Origin: an uncultured Candidatus Saccharimonas sp.
GTDB taxonomy: Bacteria > Patescibacteriota > Saccharimonadia > Saccharimonadales > Saccharimonadaceae
Reading direction: 5' to 3'
Assembly: GCA_964419165.1 (NCBI GenBank)
Contig: CAYQOL010000001.1
Coordinates: 1-62,089 of the forward strand
DNA: 62,089 bases
In this document: positions 55,540-62,089 of the stretch, one piece after another
How the letters are laid out: every line of letters begins with the position of its first letter
Position numbering within the stretch: position 1 is the stretch's first letter
Notes under the pieces: generated by a model
Databases searched by the model: none
Told to the model about the DNA's origin: nothing
Seen by the model: only the letters and a program-made list of their open reading frames with translations
Translations under genes and position numbers: made by a program

Positions 55540-56307
55540 TTATTCTTGGGAATGTGTTATACGTTTTCGCAAAAAAACCTGCACTATTAGTGCAGCCTGA
55601 TGGATTTCGGGCCTTACGGCGGTATTCGAGCCATTCGTCACGTTAAAACTTACCGACGAATAGCCTTCGGCATTACACCAATATCCCGGCACTGAGTAAG
55701 CGTAGACCTCCCATGTGTATGCGCCGTTTTGCACGTTGTCTTTCGAAAAAGACCACTTTCCAGCATTATTGGTCATCTCACCGATGACTTCGCCTTGTCG
55801 GCTAACGATTGTGGCATGATTTACTGTTCCCCACGAAATATTCGAAATAGCAACTGTAACTTTCGCACCGTTGACGGATGCGTTCACGTCAAAATATGGC
55901 GTGGGAACGGCGGTATAGTCCACATTACCGTTAATAACTGCCAGACAATATGATTTACTGACAGTTTTGGCAATCAACTCGTCCGCGGACGAAAAAGCAA
56001 CTAACTGGATATTGTGCGCTCCACTGGATGGCAGCGGTACTCCGTATATTAATCCAACAGGCGTCGGATTCATTTTTCCGACAAGTACGCCATCCTCGAT
56101 TACATTGATATGGTCAACATTCGCCGTATACAATGTACGACATTCGGCAACACCATCCTTCGCAAATACAAAGGCGGAGAACTCCGGTACACAGTTAATC
56201 TAGAACAGTATATCATCACCGCCCGCATATGCGGGATTCACCAATACGACGGGGGAACAAAACACTAGGATAAACGACAGAACGACAAGAAACAACCTCT
56301 TCTTCAC
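55540..56307 (-). CDS. secreted beta-rich protein interrupted by one in-frame TAG (codon 36): readthrough candidate or pseudogene
   Basis: GTG 56307 with SD AGGAAAG. Signal peptide MKKRLFLVVLSFILVFCSPVVLVNPAYA. TAG at 56202..56200. The same frame continues for 22 codons into the track ORF 55540..56133, which starts at TTG and has no signal peptide of its own. Confidence 0.55.
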
Positions 56308-56421
56308 AAGACCACTTCTTTCCTAATCCAAATTTTTAATTTATAGCTTTGCAGCTATTCTTTTTGCCAAAGTAGAAAAAATATTTTATTATTATACAAT
56401 AAATAATATCATTTTTCAATA

Positions 56422-57021
56422 TTAACATATATCGTCTCTCTTAACAGATAGCATAAGCGATAATATATATTGTATTCCAAAAGTCACGGCGGAAAATGCA
56501 CTCAAGGAACATCCGACTATTTTGACGATTTCATAGTCGATTTGCTGGTTGCCAGAAAACTGATGGGCATACGTCAGAGCTATAGGTATTATTATCAGTA
56601 CCGTTTTGATTGCAATAATTAATTCGTACGTGATTTTTAATCGCAGTTTTTTCGTTTGTTTTTTATGCATAGCTTTTATCGCCAGCGGGGCAGCCTTTTC
56701 AGCGGTATCGCGGATGGCTTTTTTGCTGGTATTTACGATCGTCGACGGAATTTTTATAATTACATAAACTGTCAAACACAAAACTAGCACGACAATTATT
56801 GAACCAACAACAAGTGTTACTACCTCAGGTAACTGAATCGTAAAGTTCGGTAAATAACCCTCTGTGTTTTCGGTCTTTGAAAACGACATTAACGTTTCTT
56901 TGTACTTATCGAAATACAGCACCAATATCCATACCCATTGCAAGCAACACGACAAGTAGCCCAAAACACCGAAACTGTTTGAAACGATTCTTTTGATGTT
57001 GTATTTAGTTTTTGTCTTCAT
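56422..57021 (-). CDS. membrane protein (199 aa, 4 TM)
   Basis: Hydrophobicity pattern only. Confidence 0.45.
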   Translation of the reverse strand: MKTKTKYNIKRIVSNSFGVLGYLSCCLQWVWILVLYFDKYKETLMSFSKTENTEGYLPNFTIQLPEVVTLVVGSIIVVLVLCLTVYVIIKIPSTIVNTSKKAIRDTAEKAAPLAIKAMHKKQTKKLRLKITYELIIAIKTVLIIIPIALTYAHQFSGNQQIDYEIVKIVGCSLSAFSAVTFGIQYILSLMLSVKRDDIC

Positions 57022-57108
57022 CAGTTTGTTTACTTATAATAATTTTAACATAACGATGTAACTTATAGTCCGGTGGATATGCCGTTTATTTTTATAGTAA
57101 ATTGAAAA

Positions 57109-58878
57109 TTAGCTTATATTAGCGACGTTTAATCGTTTTAAAAATTTAATTTTATTTTTTGCGATTATAAAATCAGCAACAAGAATTAACAAAATAATCA
57201 AATTGAACCTTATAGCTTTATCTAGCAGGAAAGGCCCTGCAAAAATTCTTATCATATGAATTTTATTATTTAATTCGTTTTTGGCAACTTGCTCTAATGT
57301 TTTGACTTCAATTTTTTCTATATCAATATTTTCGTTTGCAGTTACTTTCAGGTAATTAACGTCGTCACCGTCAGACACCGTACCGCCAAGGGCACCCGTG
57401 TTAACGAATTTAGTACCGTCGATTTCGTAACTTCCGGAAATGTGGGTATGAGCTCCAAAAAAGACGTCGACATCATTTTCGGTCAATATTTTTACTAATC
57501 TCTCGCTATTAATTTTGTCAAAAAGACTTAGACGCAACTCTTCGTTTGGATAAGCATTATCATCATAAATACCATTTACGGGATTTAATGGCGGAATGTG
57601 ACTGAAAACGAATTTATACCTTGCATCGGCAGAATCAAGGATATCACCTAACCATTCGAATTGCTGATTACTAATCAAGCCTCTACTAGAATCCAGCATC
57701 ACAAACAAACAATCCTTATAAGTAAAGCTGTTATTTAGCGGTCCGAAATAATCACGGTAATATTTTTCTCCAGACTGCCACAGCTCGTGGTTACCAATAG
57801 TTGTATATATTGGCACTGTGCTCATCTCTGTCATTCCGCCAGTAACCACATATTCAGGTTTAACACCGTAGTTAACGATATCGCCATTCAAAATTATAAA
57901 ATCGGGGTTTTCCTTTATCATTTTGACTAATTCCGGAAAATAAACACTGGAACCGGAATGTAGATCGGAAGCTACAAAAAATTTTAGTGGCCCTTCTGTT
58001 TCAACTGATGATATTTTTATTTGGTTTTTACCTTTACTTAATGAAGTGTCGGCCCAAATTCCTTTTCTAGAGCCTGTGTAGTCTTTGGAATAGACAGCCT
58101 CGTCTTCGATAAGAGTGTCGTTTTCAATGTTAAGTCGTAGTGATTCTCCGGAAAGATACGGGTGAACAACTACCGGTTTATTGTTGATACCAATATCGTA
58201 GTGAATCGGCGTATTTAAAATATTTAATCGCAGTTTCGTTTCAATTTTGGAATCAAAAGTAATTGACGCATCTGGAGCAATCTGTTTAATTATTAACTCC
58301 TCAGGTTGATCAAAAGAAGCGCCACTAACTCTGTAAACGAAGCCCCCTTTGATATTTAAGGAATATTGATCATTTTCATAGCTGGTATTACCTGATTGAT
58401 CAGGGGATATCACCATATCCAAATTGCTTTCAATCGGTATAAAACATATTATTACGGCCAAGATACTAATAATAAAAAGGGTTGGAGAATCTTGTTTTAA
58501 TGCGGTTTTTATTGAACGTCTTTCGATTCTTGGTTGCTCGCGTTTTATTAATATCAATGCAGCTATCCAAAACAGACCAAAAAATACTATGGCAGGATTA
58601 ATCAATATTTTTGGTTCGACCAGCCAATAACTGAATAACATAAACAAACCAACCGAGCAAAACCACTTAACAAACAGGGTGAAATATTTTTCGTAAAAGA
58701 ACCCGACAATTCCTACAGCAAGCCCAATCAGGCCAGTTAAAGTACCTGCAATGGCAACAAAAAGATATGAATTACCGTGTTCAAAGTTATCGTAATTAAC
58801 TAATATCAGCAATAAACCGATGATTATCGAAATAATTGTGATGACTTTTAATGGTTTGATCTTGTTTATTTGTATCAT
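57109..58878 (-). CDS. membrane-bound calcineurin-like metallophosphoesterase
   Basis: N-terminal multi-TM region. Ectodomain with DLHSG, GDIVNYG, GNHE and GAHTH motifs. C-terminal TM. Confidence 0.75.
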   Translation of the reverse strand: MIQINKIKPLKVITIISIIIGLLLILVNYDNFEHGNSYLFVAIAGTLTGLIGLAVGIVGFFYEKYFTLFVKWFCSVGLFMLFSYWLVEPKILINPAIVFFGLFWIAALILIKREQPRIERRSIKTALKQDSPTLFIISILAVIICFIPIESNLDMVISPDQSGNTSYENDQYSLNIKGGFVYRVSGASFDQPEELIIKQIAPDASITFDSKIETKLRLNILNTPIHYDIGINNKPVVVHPYLSGESLRLNIENDTLIEDEAVYSKDYTGSRKGIWADTSLSKGKNQIKISSVETEGPLKFFVASDLHSGSSVYFPELVKMIKENPDFIILNGDIVNYGVKPEYVVTGGMTEMSTVPIYTTIGNHELWQSGEKYYRDYFGPLNNSFTYKDCLFVMLDSSRGLISNQQFEWLGDILDSADARYKFVFSHIPPLNPVNGIYDDNAYPNEELRLSLFDKINSERLVKILTENDVDVFFGAHTHISGSYEIDGTKFVNTGALGGTVSDGDDVNYLKVTANENIDIEKIEVKTLEQVAKNELNNKIHMIRIFAGPFLLDKAIRFNLIILLILVADFIIAKNKIKFLKRLNVANIS

Positions 58879-59067
58879 TGTTTTATTTAAATAACACTTT
58901 AGCTTATGGTTATTTATACGACGGAATCATAAACAAGGCAAGTGTAACAAATCATAATATCTTGGGCCATTACACTTCACCTCAGTAAATGTGCTATAAT
59001 GGGTGGATAACGCGTCAAATAGACTAGTTCTCGTTTGTGTCGTTTTCCTAAAGAGAAACGAGGTGAT

Positions 59068-59562
59068 ATGGTTGAAATTGGTAATAAAATCGTATACAGA
59101 AACAGTGTATGCACGGTCATTGACGTCGCCAAGAAATACAAAGACGATGAAGATTATTACGTTCTTTCGCCCACAAGAGACCCTTCATTATTCATTCGTA
59201 TTTCTATCAATAAGGCAGAAAAAAATATACGATCCTTGATGACCAAATCTCAAATAGAAAACCTTATTCGGAAAATTCCCGAAATCCCCATTGTTCCAAT
59301 CGACACTTGCAACCATGGGACGGAATATAAAGAGCTGTTAAGTAAGGGGACACACGAAGACCTTATTGTCATCATCAAAACGGCACGCGTCAGACAACAG
59401 ATCAAAACCGAAAAGCGTCAAAAAATCAATGAAAGTGACAAGACTTATTTTCGTCAAGCCGAACAACTTTTATATAACGAAATCGCAGCGACTCTCGACA
59501 TAAGTTACAATGATGCAAAGAATTATGTTATAGAAAAAGTATTTGCACTAACGGCGAAATAA
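59068..59562 (+). CDS. carD: CarD/CdnL-family RNA-polymerase-binding regulator
   Basis: N-terminal Tudor-like G.KIVY...V..V.D........YYVL and a helical C-terminus. SD GAGG before ATG 59068. Confidence 0.7.
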   Translation: MVEIGNKIVYRNSVCTVIDVAKKYKDDEDYYVLSPTRDPSLFIRISINKAEKNIRSLMTKSQIENLIRKIPEIPIVPIDTCNHGTEYKELLSKGTHEDLIVIIKTARVRQQIKTEKRQKINESDKTYFRQAEQLLYNEIAATLDISYNDAKNYVIEKVFALTAK

Positions 59563-59569
59563 TTCCAGA

Positions 59570-59712
59570 TGGTTCGGTCACCTTCAGCGACCCCGAAACT
59601 TCGCGATTGACAACATAGCTGTCATCGGAAGGTTTCCTTGCGGACCGCCAATATGGCGATCCTCACCCCGGTCACTCAATAACTGAGGCTTCGAACCCAA
59701 TCGCAGGTTATA
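59570..59712. other. GC-rich structured intergenic element (copy A of the GGUGAGG-hairpin-CCGCAAGG motif)
   Basis: Several hairpins. Contains CCTTGCGG-ACCGCCAATATGGCGAT-CCTCACCCC (59636..59669) and a T-arm-like TGAGGCTTCGAACCCA (59684..59699). Strand is uncertain; one C-A mismatch becomes a G-U pair on the minus strand. Confidence 0.3.
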
Positions 59713-59713
59713 G

Positions 59714-59745
59714 AAAAATCCTAGGTATTAAAACCTAGGATTTTT
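59714..59745. terminator. bidirectional terminator (carD side / tRNA-Gln side)
   Basis: AAAAATCCTAGGT-N6-ACCTAGGATTTTT. Confidence 0.75.
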
Positions 59746-59749
59746 TCTA

Positions 59750-59823
59750 TGGCTGGGGATGAGGGATTCGAACCCCCGGTCACGGGACCAGAACCCGTTG
59801 CCTTACCACTTGGCCAATCCCCA
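59750..59823 (-). tRNA. tRNA-Gln (anticodon CUG), CCA encoded
   Basis: Minus strand reads UGGGGAU-UG-GCCAAGUGGUAAGGC-A-ACGGG-UUCUGGU-CCCGU-GACC-GGGGGUUCGAAUCCCUC-AUCCCCA-G-CCA. It folds as a cloverleaf with 7-bp acceptor, U33, CUG at 34-36 and G37. Very similar to E. coli tRNA-Gln2. Confidence 0.92.
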
Positions 59824-60030
59824 GTATTGATATATTAATTATAGCTCGAAATGTACTGTTTTTTTTCGTTCTGGTCGCCCAGGACCAGAACAAATATTTA
59901 ACTTGGCCAACCCACCCGTAAAATTCTTTCAGAATTTTCGGTCGGGCCTGTCTCGGTCGGTTCCGCAAAGCGGAATCCGGCCTCCGACCTTGCGGATTGC
60001 CACTGGCAATCCTCACCCAATACGTAGGCA
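59824..60030 (-). ncRNA. structured ~200-nt leader upstream of tRNA-Gln (motif copy B plus a decayed tRNA-Gln 5'-half)
   Basis: Minus-strand extended -10 TGTTATAAT (60039..60031). Then GGGUGAGG-AUUGCCAGUGGCAAU-CCGCAAGG, the nested helices GGUCGG..CCGACC and UUCCGC-UUU-GCGGAA, and a tRNA-like fragment at 59868..59918. Confidence 0.35.
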
Positions 60031-60061
60031 ATTATAACACTTAATCGGGTATAATGAACAG

Positions 60062-61363
60062 ATGAGTAAGAAAACTTATCCGGTCGTTAACGTAAAGTTA
60101 GAAAAAATTGTCGGCGGGGGGCAGGCGATAGGGACGCTTGATGACGGGCGTAAGATTTTCGTTTGGGGCGGATTACCGAACGAGACCGTCAAGGTTCAAG
60201 TTACCAAAAAGAAGTCGAAGTTAGCTGAGGGTATGGTAACGGAAGTAATAAAACCGTCAAAAGAGCGGGTAGAGCCGCATGATCTGGACAGTTATCTATC
60301 TACTAGCCCATGGCAAATCACAAGATTTGAAATCGAGCAAAAATACAAAGCGGAACTCATCAAAGAAGCTTTTGATCTACATAACGTAGAATTACCAAAC
60401 CCTATTGAGGTTTATACCGACGATAAACAATACGAATACCGAAACAAGATTGAATTTAGCTGGTATTGGAACAAAAATACCGACCAGTTGGATTTGGCAT
60501 TTTTCAAACGTGGCTCTCATAACAAAATCCCAGTCAACGAGACAAGCTTAGCCCGACCCGAAATCAACCGCGCAGCAAATGCAATCCGCGATTTATTGCG
60601 TCGCAAGAATATCGGTTCTTACAGTCTAAAAACTCTCTTGATAAGATGTAATGATATAGGTAATATTTCAGCACAAATATACGTAAAGAATAAAAACGTC
60701 GAATTTTCGATTGACGATTTCAAATTTCTGAATATTCAAGGTTTGGAATTGATTTACTCCAATCCCCAAAGCCCAGCGAGCATTATTACCGAACGCTTAA
60801 AATCATTCGGACAAATAAAGCTGAACGATATGATTCTGGGCGTTCCTTTCAGTTATCCGCCGGAAAGTTTCTTTCAGATCAATATTCCAGTATACGAACA
60901 AGCTCTGCGCGATATTAAAAAATATGTAGACACTAAAAAACCTACCCTCGATCTCTATAGTGGTGTCGGCACGATAGGGTTGACAATCGGTGGCAAAGAT
61001 ACGACTTTGGTTGAAATCGATGAAAACGCCTATCTGGAAATGGTAGCGAACATTAAAAATTTAAACCGCAAAGATGAAGTAAAGGCAATTTTGTCACCAA
61101 GTGAAAAAGTCCTCGAATATATCGACAGTGAATCATTAATAATCGTCGATCCACCTCGCGCCGGTATGCATAAGGATTTAGTGGGCAGATTGCTCGAAAC
61201 GACACCGGAACGGATAATATATCTGTCGTGCAATCCAGTAACACAGGCTCGAGACATATCATTATTATCCGAAAAATACAAAGTAGCGTTTCATCGAGGC
61301 TATAATTTCTTTCCTAGAACACCCCATATCGAAAATCTAGTCATATTAGATAAACACCTTTGA
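60062..61363 (+). CDS. rlmD: 23S rRNA (uracil-5-)-methyltransferase RlmD/TrmA-family enzyme
   Basis: N-terminal TRAM-like domain, SAM motif LDLYSGVGT, and DPPRAGM and YLSCNP (catalytic Cys). TATAAT (60050..60055) lies 6 nt before the ATG. Confidence 0.85.
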   Translation: MSKKTYPVVNVKLEKIVGGGQAIGTLDDGRKIFVWGGLPNETVKVQVTKKKSKLAEGMVTEVIKPSKERVEPHDLDSYLSTSPWQITRFEIEQKYKAELIKEAFDLHNVELPNPIEVYTDDKQYEYRNKIEFSWYWNKNTDQLDLAFFKRGSHNKIPVNETSLARPEINRAANAIRDLLRRKNIGSYSLKTLLIRCNDIGNISAQIYVKNKNVEFSIDDFKFLNIQGLELIYSNPQSPASIITERLKSFGQIKLNDMILGVPFSYPPESFFQINIPVYEQALRDIKKYVDTKKPTLDLYSGVGTIGLTIGGKDTTLVEIDENAYLEMVANIKNLNRKDEVKAILSPSEKVLEYIDSESLIIVDPPRAGMHKDLVGRLLETTPERIIYLSCNPVTQARDISLLSEKYKVAFHRGYNFFPRTPHIENLVILDKHL

Positions 61364-61452
61364 TTGCATTTTCGCTAGCGCTTATAATATAATGTCTTTG
61401 ATAACAAAGTAACCTATCTGCCACAACCAATCGTCAATCCAAGGGGGACATA

Positions 61453-61809
61453 ATGGCAAAAAGTATACCGAAAACCGCAACGAAGATAAACAAAAAAATG
61501 ATAATCGTTACAATCGCCGTAATAGTCGTAGTAATAATTGCGACCATCGTCTTTTTATTGATTAACAATAACAAAACGACAACCACGACAAACAATTCAA
61601 GAACGACAAAAAGCAGGTCAGAAATGGGCGACAGAATGGCAGAAAGAGCCAAAGAAGCCGAATCAATGAATAAAATAAGAAGAGCTATAAGTTCGTACGA
61701 GGATGCCAGAAGGCAATACGAAATCGATAGTAACACCGAAAAAGTTGCCGAGATGGACGCCAAACTTTGTTCGCTCGGTGAAACCGAATACTGCGTTGTT
61801 GAACAGTAA
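61453..61809 (+). CDS. membrane-anchored hypothetical protein (118 aa)
   Basis: SD AAGGGGGA, one TM, T/N-rich spacer and a charged helical tail. Confidence 0.45.
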   Translation: MAKSIPKTATKINKKMIIVTIAVIVVVIIATIVFLLINNNKTTTTTNNSRTTKSRSEMGDRMAERAKEAESMNKIRRAISSYEDARRQYEIDSNTEKVAEMDAKLCSLGETEYCVVEQ

Positions 61810-61878
61810 TCCGTCCTTAGATGAAAATGAACTGTTTTTGGGTTTTGAAATATACAACCAAGTTGTTACAATTGTCTT

Positions 61879-62089
61879 ATGAAGAAAAGCTTTAGCGGTT
61901 TTACTATCATTGAAATAATAGTCGTCATTACCATAGTCGGCATATTAGCGACCATCGGTATTACTTCATTTTCGAAACTACAGACTGACGCACAAAACAA
62001 GGATAGGGAATCAAAAACTGCTATTATTGCTGACGCTCTGGAAAAATACTTTGAGAATAACGGCGTATATCCGACCTGTGAATCGATTT
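61879..62089 (+). CDS. type IV pilin-like protein (prepilin N-terminal methylation domain), 3'-truncated by the window edge
   Basis: MKKSFSGFTIIEIIVVITIVGILATIG is a canonical G-F-T-x-x-E prepilin motif. Confidence 0.7.
   Translation, partial: MKKSFSGFTIIEIIVVITIVGILATIGITSFSKLQTDAQNKDRESKTAIIADALEKYFENNGVYPTCESI

Noticed and set aside
59570-59712. Two-piece (circularly permuted) tmRNA, suggested by the T-arm-like GGGUUCGAAGCC
   Set aside because: The putative T-stem has only ~3 bp. There is no acceptor 3' strand with CCA, no tag reading frame and no complementary 5' acceptor strand nearby.
59780-60031. 83-aa reverse-strand ORF in the track
   Set aside because: It overlaps the tRNA-Gln gene and the structured GC-rich leader. 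The open frame is a by-product of GC-rich non-coding sequence.
1-62089. Genome-wide reassignment of TAG (or pyrrolysine coding) as the explanation for the two in-frame amber codons
   Set aside because: TAG terminates several conserved genes at the expected protein ends: FKBP at 179..181, folA at 7619..7621, thyA at 9498..9500 and ybaB at 21046..21048. Reading through the ybaB TAG would fuse YbaB to RecR in frame. No pylS/pylBCD-like genes or CUA-anticodon tRNA are visible in the window. Only local readthrough, variation or pseudogenisation remains plausible.
1-62089. CRISPR arrays, insertion sequences, prophage or integrative elements, and toxin-antitoxin or known defence systems
   Set aside because: There are no direct-repeat/spacer arrays and no transposase, integrase, recombinase, cas, RT, restriction or abortive-infection signatures in any frame. 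The only repeats are the short motif copies and tRNA fragments reported above.

Overview
This 62-kb window looks chromosomal, not a mobile island. It is low-GC and densely packed, with many 1-8 nt start/stop overlaps. I found no integrase, transposase, reverse transcriptase, CRISPR array or rRNA. The content suggests a reduced Gram-positive-type bacterium of the CPR/Patescibacteria kind, possibly Saccharibacteria. That call rests on sortase plus an LAxT-type substrate, type IV pilin-like genes, a heliorhodopsin, split ribosomal-protein operons and many small orphan ORFs; it is inference, not a database result. Recognisable genes: secE-nusG-rplK, rplA, rplJ-rplL, dnaX, dnaB, ybaB-recR, nrnA-like, cysS, greA-like, thyA, folA, a dCMP-deaminase fusion, galU-like, pyrD, tsaC, pcm, carD-like, rlmD-like, two P-type ATPases, two ABC systems, two two-component pairs, an ECF sigma module, a thiol-redox operon and one tRNA-Gln(CUG). 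Items most worth follow-up: (1) a cobalamin-riboswitch-like leader with an SD-sequestering platform in front of an unrecognisable 476-aa Cys-rich protein. (2) Two unrelated secreted proteins, each interrupted by an in-frame TAG at exactly codon 36, just after the signal peptide. (3) A leaderless heliorhodopsin next to an ABC-2 exporter. (4) A GC-rich, heavily structured RNA element downstream of an 82-aa orphan ORF, whose 5' and 3' UTRs are complementary. (5) A recurring GGUGAG...CCGCAAG motif and tRNA-Gln-derived fragments around the tRNA-Gln gene. (6) A five-gene translationally coupled operon linking kinase, nucleotidyltransferase and HIT genes to dCMP deaminase and ThyA. All protein calls rest on motif recognition by eye, and no searches were run.
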